Shown: positions 51,626-64,000, counted from the stretch's first letter. The stretch is 64,000 bases of DNA from Octopus sinensis (GCF_006345805.1 NC_043001.1:125984001-126048000); one strand, 5' to 3'. Notes: a model not told the origin generated them from the letters alone. Program-made: numbers and translations.

Positions 51626-53425
51626 AAAAAAAATACTTTTACGCATATTATTATTATCGATTAATTACGCAACAATCGCAAATAATTAAAGACCGATTTC
51701 TCTATGCACACATAGTCGTGGTGAAATTTTTTTTTACATTTGAATTAATTGCAACCCTTCCACGCACGGATTCTACTGCAATTAGAGCAAGGTAAGGGAG
51801 CAAAACATAAACACCGACCACCGATCGAACCTTTCTACTGTAGTCTTATTCGTATTAAGCACGTTTTTCTTTTTCTTCTGGTTGCACATCTAAATGTTTA
51901 ATATATCTAAAAATGCGATATAGTGATCCTTAATGTATAATTATTTATATAAATCCGTTTTAGCCGGTTTTATTATTTGGTTTCGCATCGAAATGGGTCT
52001 TCCCTTTTTTTTTGCAATATATATATATACATATATATATATGGGTTTGATAAATATAAAAGAAAAGAAAATTCAAAATGTGACTATAGGTCTATATATT
52101 TTATTTAATCGGCAGAAGTTATAAAATAACTGAAGGGGCGAAATACATACATACATACACACAGAGACACACACATACATACAGACAGACACACACACAC
52201 ACACAAACATACATACATAATACATACACACACAGACTCACAGACACACACACACACACAAACATACATACATAATACATACACACACAGACTCACAGAC
52301 ACACACACACACACAAACATACATACATAATACATACACACACAGACTCACAGACACACACACACACATACATACATACATGCATGCATGCATACATACA
52401 TACATACATACATACACACTACATACATATACTTGTTTTACAATACTATTAATATTATGGTGTGTGTGTGTGTGTATGTGTCTTGAAGGTGGCGAGCTGG
52501 CAGAATCAATAGCACGCCGGTCAAGATGCTTACCGGCATTTTGTTCACCTTTACGTCCTGAGTTCAAATCTCTCCTTGGTCGACTTTCGAGGTCGATAAA
52601 GTAAGTTCCATTTGAGCACTGGGGTCGATATAATCGACTTATCCACTCTGAACTTGCTAGCTTTGTGCTAAAATTTAAAAGCGATATTATGGTGTGTGTG
52701 TGTGTGTGTGATGCAAAGTAAGCAACAGATTCCTTTTGCATGCAAAAAAATGTGCACTTTTAAGAGTTTCGAGGAATCAAAGTCCTCGGAGGGTAGGGAG
52801 AACACTAAACATTTTTTTATACCAAAAAAAAAAAAAAAAGTCGAATAATCATGGTTGAAACATTTTAAAAAAGGATGAGAATTTAAGGTACTGTCATGAC
52901 TGAAACAAGTAAAAGATAAAAGATGACATATTAACCCTAACCCTAACTAGCATGGCTCAATGGTTAGAGCGTTGGGCTCACAATCTTGAGGTAGTGAGTT
53001 CGATTCCTGAGTTGGGTTGTGTGTTGTGTTCTTGAGCAAGACACTTTATTTCACATTGCTTCAGTTCACTCAGCTGTAGAAATGATTTGCAATTTCACTG
53101 GTGCTAAGCTGTATCGGCCCCTTTGCCTTTCCCTTGGGTAATATCAGTAGCATGGAGAGGGGAGGGGCTGGTATGCATGGGCAGCTGCTGGTCTTCCATA
53201 AACAACCTATTTCTTTATTACCCACAAGGGGCTAAACACAGAGGGGACAAACAAGGACAGACAAACGGATTAAGTCGATTGTATCGACCCCAGTGCATAA
53301 CTGGTACTTATTTAATCGACCCCGAAAGGATGAAATGCAAAGTTGACCTTGTCGGAATTTGAACTCAGAACGTAGCGGCGAAATTTTGTGGAAGTTTGTT
53401 TCTCTCTCCCTCTTTTCCTTGCTCT

Positions 53426-53464
<39 letters not shown>

Positions 53465-54348
53465 GTATGTGTGTGTATGTAGCGGGATTGCATCTAAAAA
53501 GTTCCCTTCTGTGTCGTAAGTCCAGGCAAGATTGTTTATGGAAGACTAGCACTCTCTCATGCATACCAGCCTCTCTTCTCCACACCACCAATATTATCCA
53601 AGAAGAAAGACAAAGACTGATACAGCTTGGCACCAGTGATGCTACAACTCATTTCTACAGCTGAGTGAACTGGAGCAATGTGAAATAAAGTGTCTTGCTC
53701 AAGAACACAACACACAGCCTAGTCTGGGAATCGAACTCACTAGCTCGTGATTGTGAGCCCGACACTCTAACCACTGGACCATGCACCTTCACACACATGT
53801 GCATGCACACACACACACACATTCACATGCATATGTCTGTGTGTTTAATGTCCACATAACTGTTTGACAAAAGAGACCAATAGAATAAGAATTCGACGTT
53901 ATATATCGTCATCATCAACATCATTTAATGTCCGTTGTCCATGCTGGCATGGGTTGGACGGTTTGATTGGGCTGGCATGTTGGAAGGCTGCACCAGGCCC
54001 CAGTCTGATTTGGCATGGTTTTCTACGGCTGGATGCCCTTTCTAACACCAACCACTCCGTGAGTGTAATAGGTGTTTTTATGTGCCACCGGCATGGATGC
54101 CATTTGCATGACACCGATATCTGCCACGACTGCAGTTTTGCTTGGCTTGATGGGTCTACTTCTATCAGTTCATATATATATATATATTTGGACTGATAGA
54201 AAACAATAAGAGTACTGGGTTTGATTTCTTTGGCTAAAATCTCTCAAGGTGGTGCCCCAGCATGGCCACAGTCTAATGACTAACAAGTAAAAGAAAAAGA
54301 AAACATATATATGGCGTCAATTTCTTTGGCTAAAACTGTTCCATGCAG

Positions 54349-54546
54349 CACGGATTTTTGTCAGTGAACAGGTCACGGTCTTATAGCGACGAAAATATTT
54401 TGACAAATTAAACTTAAATGTTGAAGTGAATCGAACGGCTTTTGTGTGTTTCTTAAATGGCTTACAAACACCTTCCACGCTGCAATTGTTTTCGTTCCAG
54501 CACACGATCTCAGATCAAATCACTTGCTATGCAAGTACATCTCCGT
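54349..54546 (+). mobile_element. Second full copy of the variant-hammerhead repeat
   Basis: Reverse-complement match to 28597-28792 along its length. Confidence 0.65.
54357..54407 (+). ncRNA. Variant hammerhead motif (G3-C8 core), second copy
   Basis: Reads TTTGTCA-GTGAACA-G-GTCAC(GGTCTTATA)GCGAC-GAAA-ATAT-TT-TGACAAA. Stem I is a perfect 7 bp and stem II has one mismatch. Confidence 0.6.
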
Positions 54547-54830
54547 TATTCCACGCTAATGCCCAAGAATTACTAAAACAAGTAAAAAAAAATATTAAAA
54601 AATAAAAAGATATCTTTTATCTTTTACATGTTTCAGTCATTAGCCTGTGGCCATGCTGGGGCACTGCCTTGATGAATTTTTGGTTGAATGAATCATCCCA
54701 GTACTTATTTTTTGTTAAGCTTGGTGCTTATTCTCCTAGACTCTTTGTTGAACTGTTATGGAGACATAAACCCACCAACACTAGTTGTCAATCATTGGTG
54801 GGGGACAAACAGACATAAAGACATACACAA

Positions 54831-54864
<34 letters not shown>

Positions 54865-55184
54865 GACAGGCTTCTTTCAGTTTCTGTCTACCAAATCCAC
54901 TCAACAGGCTTTAGTCAGCCCAAGGCTGTAGTAGAATACAATTACCCAAGGTGCACCATGAAGTGGGATTGAATCCTGAACCATTTGGTTGGGAAAGAAG
55001 CTTCTTCTCACACTGTCACTACTGAACACCTATACAATTAAGTACTTTTCAGTTGTTTAAATCTTTCAATGGTTCCATTGTTTTTTCTTGGGCAAGTGTC
55101 TTCAACTACAGCCTTGGGCTGACCAAAACCTTGTGAGTGAATTTGGTAGACAGAAACTGAAAGAAGCCCATCGTATATATATTC

Positions 55185-55224
<40 letters not shown>

Positions 55225-55226
<2 letters not shown>

Positions 55227-56057
55227 CATCATCATCATCATCGTTTAACGTCCGCTTTCCATGCTAGCATGGGTTGGACGGTTCAACTGGGGTCTGGGAA
55301 GCCAGAAGGCTGCACCAGGCCCAGTCTGATCTGGCAATGTTTCTACAGCTGGATGCCCTTCCTAACGCCAACCACTCCGTGAGTGTAGTGGGTGCTTTTT
55401 ATGTGCCACCGGCACAGGTGTAAGACGAGGCTGGCAAACGGCCAAGATCGGATGGTGCTTTATACGTGCCACCAGCACGGAGGCCAGACGAAGCTGGCAA
55501 CGGCCACGATTGGATGGCGCTTTTTACGTGCCACCGGCACAGGTGCAAGACGAGGCTGGCAAACGGCCAAGATCGGATGGTGCTTTTTACGTGCCACCAG
55601 CACGGAGACCAGACGAAGCTGGCAACGGCCACGATCGGATGGTGCTTTTTACGTGCCACCGGCATGGAGGCCAGTCAGGGCGGCGCTACATCCCAGGTAG
55701 AGGCCATGGGATTATGGCCTCACTTGTCCTATCAGGTCTTCTCACACACAGCATACTTCCAAAGGTCTCGGCCTCTAGTCATTTCCTCGGTGTGACCTAA
55801 AGTTCAAAGGTCGTGCTTCACCACCTCGTCCCAGGTTTTCATGGGTCTACCTCTTCCACTGGTTCCCTCAACCGCTAGGGTGTGGCACTTTTTCACACAA
55901 CTATCTTCATCCATTCTCGCCACATGACCATACCAGCGCAAACGTCTCTCTTGCACACCACAACTGATGCTTCTTAGGTCCAACTTTTCTCTCAAAGTAC
56001 TTACACTCTGTCGGGTATGAACACTGACATTACACATCCATCGGAGCATACTGACTT
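55225..56057 (-). mobile_element. Young 5'-truncated RTE LINE with modular 3'UTR
   Basis: Open frame MLRWMCNVSV...ERRLRWYGHVARM...GRGRPMKTWDEVVKHDL, five 62/63-bp 3'UTR modules, and a (GAT)n tail. Confidence 0.9.
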
Positions 56058-56183
56058 CATTTCTTATATATATAAAATATATATATATTTATATATATAT
56101 CTCATTACGCAAAAAATTCTTATAAAATATATATATATTATATATATATATAATATATATATATATAAATATATATATATATT

Positions 56184-56219
<36 letters not shown>

Positions 56220-57696
56220 ATAATAAATATTAGGGAATAAATCCAAATTTACAGGGAAAAATCAGATTTAGGATTGAATCCAATTTTATAGTAAAATATA
56301 ATATAATATTAATTAGAGACAAAACCACTATTATGCAAATCAAACAAAGAAAGACTTAATCCAATACATAAAAAATTTTATATAAATTAAATATAATTAT
56401 ATTTAATTTATATAAAATGTATATATATGTGTGTGTGTATGTATTGGTGTGTCTGTGCTTGTCTCCCTGCCATCACTTGACCCCCAATGCTGGTGTACTT
56501 ATGTCCCTGTAACTTATGTTACTTATGTTCGGTAAAAGAGCGCGATAGGTTAAGTACTGGGCTTACAAAAAAATATGTCCCGGGGGTCAATTTCTTCGAC
56601 TAAAACTCTTTAAGGCAGTGCTCCATCATGGCCACAGTCAAATGCCTGAAAGAAATAAAAGAACGTATGTATTTGAAACGCTAGTACGAGTGTATGATCA
56701 CAAGATACTTAATCATATGCACACACACACACACATGCACGCTCACACATATTTTTTTATATATTTATATGCTTTTTCTGATTGAAAGCCAAAGCTAAAC
56801 CGAAGAACAACATATAAGACCACTCCCATTTTTATAGTAAAATACCATAATATTACTATTATTAGTAGTAGTAGACATTGCATCATTTCCAAATATGGGA
56901 CATATTATGTTCTCTCAAGCACTTCTTTCCATTGTCTATTGTATCCTTCAGAGAAATAAAGTGTGTTTTCCCTGTAATATTCATTTATTCTGTGGCCATG
57001 CTGGGGCACCACCTTGAAAATTTTAGTTGAACAAATCAACAGTTGGGAAATTATTACCTCATTTGGAAACAGGTGGGGATTGGCAACAGGAAGGGCATCT
57101 GGCCATAGAAAATACTGCTTCAATATACTCTCATCTGATCCATGCAGGCATGGAAAAGTAGGCATTAAAATGATGATGATGATAATAACAGTGACAGAAA
57201 TGATGATGATGATATTGTTTTTTTATGGAAAGAAAGGAAGGTAACTGTCTATCTCAAGCTTGTAGGCTCATGAGGCCAAAGCTTATTTAGATTTTTCAAG
57301 ATATATAGGCTGAGGATACAAGATTCTCAATTGAACAGAACACCAGTCCATTGCAGAGTTAGCTCCAGATTCCACTACTACTCATTATCAGTTGAGAATA
57401 CCGGAGCAGTGTGAAATGAAGGGCCTTGTTCTAGGACACAATACATCACCTTGTCCAAGAATTGAACCCATCATCTAATGATCTTCAGTTCAACACTCTA
57501 ACCAATAGGCCATGTGCCTTCAACATAGTTTTATATATTGTTGAAAACTGAGAGGCTATTAGTTATATATATTCCTTTGTTCTTTTACTTGTTTCAGTCA
57601 TTTGACTGCGACCATGCTGGAGCACTGCCTTAAAGGGTTTTAGTCAAACAAATCAACTCCGGGACTTATTCTTTGTAAACCTAATACTTATTCTAT

Positions 57697-58007
57697 TCAT
57701 GCGGGGACAGGATGCCAAATGCACTTTTGCCGAAGTACAAGAAACCGAAGCCAAGAAACTGAACAGACACAATGCTGAACGGACATAAAGCCGAACGGAC
57801 ACAATAATAAAAAAAATGCATTCCTACCTACATAGTTTAATGACCATTTTAGCCTGTCAAATGGTCATATTGTAAGAATAAAATGATTATCATATATTTT
57901 AATTTTCATATGTCTTTTTGGCATCTTGTCCGTTCGGCTTTATGTCTGTTCGGCTTCCTGGTTTTAGCTTCTTGTCTTTCAGCAAAACTGCATCCTGTCT
58001 GTGTACC
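57697..58007. mobile_element. MITE with long imperfect TIRs inserted into a SINE
   Basis: About 80-100-bp inverted arms with repeated GCCGAACGGACATAAA-like units, and a duplicated ATTCTAT at 57690-57696 and 58008-58014. Confidence 0.65.
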
Positions 58008-59058
58008 ATTCTATCAGTCTCTTTTGCCAAACCGCTAATTTATGGGGATGTAAACATACCAACATTGGTTGTCAAGCAATGGTGGGGGGGGACAAAGACT
58101 CAAAGACACACATACAGGTATATACGATCTTCTTTCAGTTTCTGTCTACCAAATCTACTCATGAGGCTTTGGTCAGCCCAAGGCTGAACTAGAAGATACT
58201 TGACCAAGGTGCCATGCAGTAGGACTGAACTTGGAACTATGTGGTTGGGAAGCAAGCTTCTTACCACACAGCCACACCTGAAACAATGAACAAAAGTATT
58301 GTCTGAAAGACATTGTCAAAACAGGTTTCCGTTTCCATACATACAATGAAGATGATCACTGCACATATAGAGTTAGATAATGCCCTAACTTGCATGTGAA
58401 TATATAATCATGCATACCTGAGGTTTATTTAATGTTGCTGTATTGTTGTGGTAGAAAAGGGCATTCAAAAATTGTTATAAAAGAAAAGGGGTAATACTCT
58501 TTACTCTTTTTACTCTTTTACTTGTTTCAGTCATTTTTGACTGCAGCCATGCTGGAGCACCGCCTTTTAGTCAAGCAAATCGACCCCGGGACTTATTCTT
58601 TGTAAGCCCAGTACTTATTCTATCGGTCTCTTTTGCTGAATCGCTAAGTGACGGGGACATAAACACACCAGCATCAGTTGTCAAGCAATGCTTGGGGGAC
58701 AAACACAGACACACAAACACATACACACACACACATATATATATATATACATATATACGACGGGCTTCTTTCAGTTTCCGTCTACCAAATCCACTCACAA
58801 GGCATTGGTCGGCCCGGGGCTATAGCAGAAGACACTTGCCCAAGATGCCACGCAGTGGTACTGAACCCGGAACCATGTGGTTGGTTAGCAAGCTACTTAC
58901 CACACAGCCACTCCTGTAGTTTAAAAAGTTTGAAAAGCACTGAGTCAGTTGAACAACTTCATGCGTTTGTAACCTTTATTTGAAAAATATGAGTAAAATC
59001 TAACAATTATTATTATTAATTATTATTAATTATTATTATTAATAATATTTGATATTAA

Positions 59059-59079
59059 TTTTTTTTTTTTTTTTTTCAG
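59059..59079 (+). promoter_or_regulatory. Splice acceptor (poly-T tract + CAG) of a POLB 5'UTR intron
   Basis: About 18 T followed by CAG, ending 13 nt before the ATG. Confidence 0.8.
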
Positions 59080-59092
59080 ATATTGAGTTACA

Positions 59093-60103
59093 ATGAGCAA
59101 ACGTAAAAATCCTAATACCGAGAATCTGAATTCAGATTTCTGTGACTTTCTGATGGAGCTTGCCAATTATGAGAAGAATGTTACACGTGCCCTGCACAAG
59201 TACAATGTTTATCGAAAAGCTGCTGGTCTTCTTGCTAAACATCCTACGAGGATTAAGAGTGGAGAAGAAGCAAAGAGACTGAATGGTATTGGAGATAAAA
59301 TTGCTAAAAAAATTGATGAATTCATTCGTACGGGGCAACTTGAGAAGTTGAATAAAATCAGAGCTGATGACACCAGCATGGCAATCAATGAGTTGACCAA
59401 AGTATCTGGAATAGGTCCAGCTGCAGCAGCAAACTTTGCCAAAGATGGCATAAAAGATATCGAAGACCTCAGGAAGATCACTGATAAACTGAACCATCAT
59501 CAGAAAATTGGTGTGAAACATTTTGAAGACTTTGAACTGAGAATTCCTCGTGAAGAAATAACCAGTTTACGAGATGTAATATTGGCAGGGATCCAAAAAG
59601 TCGACTCCAAATACACAGCTAAAGTTTGTGGAAGTTACAGAAGAGGGGCCACTTCTTCTGGAGATATTGACGTTTTGTTAACACATCCAGATTACGTCGC
59701 TACAGATAAGAAGAAACCCGAGTTGCTGAAGGCAGTGGTAAAACATCTCACTGATAAAGGTTTGGTAACTGACACTATCTCTATGGGGGACTCGAAGTTT
59801 ATGGGGGTATGTCGGCTTCCAGAGGACGACAAAGCAATCAAGCGACGTTACCGAAGATTTGATCTCCGTTTGATCCCCCACGACCAGTATTATTGTGCGC
59901 TACTTTATTTCACCGGCAGTGATATGTTTAATAAAGACATGCGAGGTCGTGCTTTGGAAAATGGGTTTACACTTAATGAATACTGCATTCGGCCAATGGG
60001 GAGTACAGGGATTCCAGGTGAATCTCTGCCTGTGACTTCCGAAGAAGATATCTTTGATTATATTGGAATGAGATTTAAGAAACCATCAGAACGTAATTTA
60101 TAA
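59093..60103 (+). CDS. POLB: DNA polymerase beta (family X), complete 336-aa single-exon ORF
   Basis: N-terminal MSKRK, HhH motifs ([12 protein letters not shown]; SGIGPAAA), GSYRRG, catalytic GDIDVLL and RRFDLRL, YFTGS and NKDMR are all present, with no stops or frameshifts. Confidence 0.97.
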   Translation: MSKRKNPNTENLNSDFCDFLMELANYEKNVTRALHKYNVYRKAAGLLAKHPTRIKSGEEAKRLNGIGDKIAKKIDEFIRTGQLEKLNKIRADDTSMAINELTKVSGIGPAAAANFAKDGIKDIEDLRKITDKLNHHQKIGVKHFEDFELRIPREEITSLRDVILAGIQKVDSKYTAKVCGSYRRGATSSGDIDVLLTHPDYVATDKKKPELLKAVVKHLTDKGLVTDTISMGDSKFMGVCRLPEDDKAIKRRYRRFDLRLIPHDQYYCALLYFTGSDMFNKDMRGRALENGFTLNEYCIRPMGSTGIPGESLPVTSEEDIFDYIGMRFKKPSERNL

Positions 60104-60315
60104 GTCATTGTAAGGATTTATTTTGTACACGATCATTTCATTAATTACTGATTTCTATTAATGAAGCTAGTTATTACAATCAGTTATTTCAACAGTTATT
60201 ATGAATTTTTATCAATCCACCAATAACTGATCGTGTGACTCGAATACATAATCAATGAAATTTTCATTCTATTTATTTAATTATTTATTAATTAATCGAT
60301 TGATTGATTTCATCT

Positions 60316-60321
60316 AATAAA
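60316..60321 (+). terminator. Candidate POLB polyadenylation signal
   Basis: AATAAA about 210 nt after the stop codon, in an AT-rich 3'UTR. Confidence 0.4.
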
Positions 60322-61744
60322 ATCATTTATCATCATTGTGCTATCTTGTCTGTTTTCTTTCTCAGTTACTACCTGGTATCTTGTCTCCTTGGGAGAACAA
60401 CATGGCACTGTGGCATATGGGCCACAAAGGACCTACTAGAAATAACAGCCAAATCTTGGTCTTATCACACTGTACCATCTCAGGAAAGAGAGGAATCTGA
60501 AAAAAAAAGGGAAAAAGGAAAGGATAGACATGCCTTCTGACCATAAGCCTACTTGATCAGAGCTGAACTGAGGGTAAACAGCAACACAATGACATTGCTA
60601 GACAAATCGTTAGAACTAGTAGAATGTTGGTATTTGATTAGCTCCTTCAACATTTTTTAGTTTCAAATCCTACGGGGAATGATTTTTTTTTTCTTCTGAC
60701 ATTTTATTTTAATTAAAAAAAACCAAATTCATTTGATATTAAAGAAGAAATGTCAGCTTTTATGATTTTACTTTTCAAGCTGGTGTGGTGATGAGAAAAT
60801 GTTCTCAATAAAACCACCAAATAAACCTGGTAGTTGTGTTAAACAAGATGATGGGTTAAGTCTGCCCCCAAACTGGATTGGTCCGTTTGATGAGTTGATG
60901 AAATAAAACACGCATGCATGCATGCATGCACACACACATGCACAGACACACACATTCTAGATTGCATACAACAGAAGGCCATTAGACTGATTAGCAATGG
61001 TTCACTCAACAACATACACTTACTTCATCTAGCATCACTACAACTATTTCTATTCCTCAGAACAAGGCTGAGAATGCAAGGTTCCCCATGGCTGTGTGGT
61101 AAGAAGCTTGCTTCCCAGCCACATGGTTCTGGGTTCAGTCCCACCGCATGGTGCCTTGGACAAGTGTCTCCTAATATAGCCTAACCTTGGGCCAACCAAA
61201 GGCTTGTGAATGGATTTGGTAGATGGAAACTGAAAGAAGCCCATGCTATATATATATGTAAATAGCAAAGTAGGGATTTATGTGTGAGTGTGTCTGTGTT
61301 TGTCCCCCTGCCATTTCTTGACAACTGATGCTGATGTGTTTATGTCCCCGAAACTCAGCAGTTTGGTAAAAGAGACCGATAGAATGAGTACTAGGCTTAC
61401 AAAGAATAAGTACTGGGGTCAATTTCTTTGAGTAAAACCCTTTAAGGTGGTGCTCCAGCATGGCTCTACAGTCAAATGGCTGAAACAAAAAAAAAGGAAA
61501 AAAAAGAAACAATTGAACAGAACACCAGTCTATTGCAGGGTTAACTCTAGATGTCACTGCTGCTCATTTTCAGTTGAGAATACTGGAGCAATGTTAATAC
61601 CTCCCTCATCCAACCCCACCCATTACCCTTTTTCATGTTATTGCTGTTGAACCTTATATCCCAGACCTTGCACTGCGTCAAGCACCTTTTTCCTAAAACT
61701 ACTACCCACTAGAATTCTCAGAATTCTCTCTCTGTTCAAATATT

Positions 61745-62000
61745 GACATACAAGTGTTCAAATGACCGTGCTGGTTACGTATGGTAATGTGTTACGTATG
61801 AATGAAGACAGCAGTGTGAGGAAGTGCCACTCCCTAACTGTGGAAGGAACCTGTGGAAGAGATAGACCCAGGAAGACATGGGATGAGATGGTAAAGCATG
61901 ACCTTCAAACACTGGGCCTCACAGAGGCAATGACAGGAGACCGAGACCTTTGGAGATATGCTGTGATTGAGAAAACCCGGCAACTAAAGGGCATGACTGT
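61745..62000 (+). mobile_element. RTE C-terminal fragment
   Basis: YGNVLRMNEDSSVRKCHSLTVEGTCGRDRPRKTWDEMVKHDL. Confidence 0.8.
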
Positions 62001-62754
62001 ATGGATAGGTGTAAGCACGGCTGTTTGGTTTAGAAGTTCCTTTTGAACAATATGGTTTGTGGTTCAGTCCCACCTCATGGCACATCGTCATCATCATCAT
62101 CATCATTTAACGTCTGTTTTCCCTGCTGGCATGGGTTGGACGATTTGACTGAGGTCTAGAGAGCCAGCGGCTGCACCAGGCCCCAGACTGATCTACAGCT
62201 GGATGCCCTTCCTAATGCCATCCAAATCCAGCCTGTCACACCTTTCCTACAGTGTTATTCTAAACATTAACAATCATGTCATCGAAATCTTAAGGTTATG
62301 AGATAATACATGATTAATTTAAAACAATGTGAATAAATAAAAATAAGATTTAACAAAGTAATCTGAATGGTAAAGAGTTTTAAAGCAGTGTTGTTCATTT
62401 CTAATCTATGAAAACATGTCTGGACATGGGGAAATATGCTACTTGGAAACAGGTGAGGATTGATGACAGAAAGGGCATCTATCATCATCATCATCATTGT
62501 CATTTAACGTCTGTTAGATGGTTTGACTGGAGCTGGTAAGCCAGAGAGCTGTACCAGGTGCCAGTCTGTTTTGTCTTGGTTTTACTAATACCAACTGCTC
62601 TACAGAGTGTCCTGGGTGTCTTTTACGTGCCACTAGCATAGGTGTCTTTTATGTGCTACCAGCACTGCTCACAGCCATCATTTCATTTAGTTTAACACAG
62701 CAAATCGCCAGACGTTTCTGTCACTTGTTATTGCCTCTGTGGGACTCAACAACT

Positions 62755-64000
62755 CAGGCTAAACACAGAGGGGACAAACAAGGACAGACAAAGGGCTTAA
62801 GTCGGTTACATCGACCCCAGTGCGTAACTGGTACTTAATTTATCGACCCCAAAAGGATGAAAGGCAAAGTCGACCTTGGCAGAATTTGAACTCAGAATGT
62901 AACGGCAGCCGAAATACCTATTTCTTTACTACCCACAAGGGACTAAACAGAGGGGACAAACAAGGACAGACAAAGGGCTTAAGTCGGTTACATCGACCTC
63001 ACCCCACGTCTTCCTGGGTCTACCTTTTCTACAGGTTCTGTCCACAATTAGAGATCACCACTTCCTTATGCAGCTGTCCTCACCCATATGCATCACATGA
63101 CCATACCAGTGCAGCCTTTTCTCTCTTGCACACTACATCTGATGCATAGAAAATCTGTTTCACCAAATTCCACCGACCATCTAAGCATGGTAAAGTGGAC
63201 AGTAAAATAATGATATGTTCAAACTTTGCCCCACAGATCATCGAACTGGACACCAACCACATTAATATCACCAGTTTGAGGAAGTTGGTAAAGTTTTTGG
63301 GTTTTGTCCCTCCTCTAACTAGCTTATAAAAAAATAACTAAAAAATACATGGCAGCAGCTGCATTATTTATTTCTTTACTACCCACAGGGGGCTAAACAC
63401 AGAGGGGACAAACAAGAACAGACAAAGGGCTTAAGTCGGTTACATCGACCCCAGTGTGTAACTGGTACTTAATTTATCAACCCCAAAAGGACGAAAGGCA
63501 AAGTCAACCTTGGCGGAATTTGAACTCAGAACGTAACGACAGACGAAATACCTATTTCTTTACTACCCACAAGGGGCTAAACACAGAGGGGACAAACAAG
63601 AACAGACAAAGGGCTTAAGTCGGTTACATCGACCCCAGTGCATAACTGGTACTTAATTTAACAACCCCAAAAGGACAAAAGGCAAAGTCGACCTTGGCGG
63701 AATTTGAACTCAGAACATAATGACAGACGAAATACCTATTTCTTTACTACCCACAAGGGACTAAACACAGAGGGGACAAACAAGGACAGACAAAGGGCTT
63801 AAGTTGGTTACATCGACCCCAGTGCGTAACGTACTTAATTTATCGACCCCAAAAGGATGAAAGGCAAAGTTGACCTCGGCGGAATTTGAACTCAGAACGT
63901 AATGACAGACGAAATACCTATTTCTTTACTACCCACAAGGGACTAAACACAGAGGGGACAAACAAGAACAGACAAAGGGCTTAAGTCGGTTACATTGACC
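62755..64000 (-). repeat. Head-to-tail arrays of 5'-truncated SINE family A (~183-bp units)
   Basis: Units join at GAAATACCTATTTCTTT. About 1.5 units lie at 62755-63000 and at least 3.5 units from 63370 to the window end. Confidence 0.85.

Noticed and set aside
52932-52948. Telomere-like TAACCCTAACCCTAA
   Set aside because: Only about 2.5 units, which is expected by chance or as an insertion scar.
55391-55680. Repeat-spacer pattern resembling a CRISPR array
   Set aside because: The variable parts alternate A-B-A-B and the array lies in an RTE LINE 3'UTR in a eukaryotic context.

Overview
AT-rich, repeat-dense eukaryotic genomic DNA. The SINE families and (TA)n/(CA)n load resemble what I recall of octopod cephalopod genomes, which is unverified inference. 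Two host genes are supported. (1) The first coding exon of a TspanC8 tetraspanin (TSPAN5/17-like) lies on the minus strand at 35061-34969; the ORF track misses it, and I found no further exon in the 35 kb to its left. (2) A complete DNA polymerase beta ORF lies on the plus strand at 59093-60103; it has no coding introns and a strong splice acceptor 13 nt upstream of the ATG, so it looks like a retrogene. The rest is mostly mobile DNA: at least four tRNA-derived SINE families, RTE, CR1 and Tx1/L1-like LINE fragments, a decayed mariner, several MITEs, a 5S rRNA pseudogene, and mini- and microsatellites. The most unusual signals are short dispersed repeats that fold as minimal type I hammerhead ribozymes. 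One has the canonical core (486-520). A three-copy family (24.7, 28.7 and 54.4 kb) has the C3-G8 core pair swapped to G3-C8 (GUGAACA). No CRISPR array or prokaryotic system is supported. Coordinates of degraded repeats are approximate, and all counts were made by eye.
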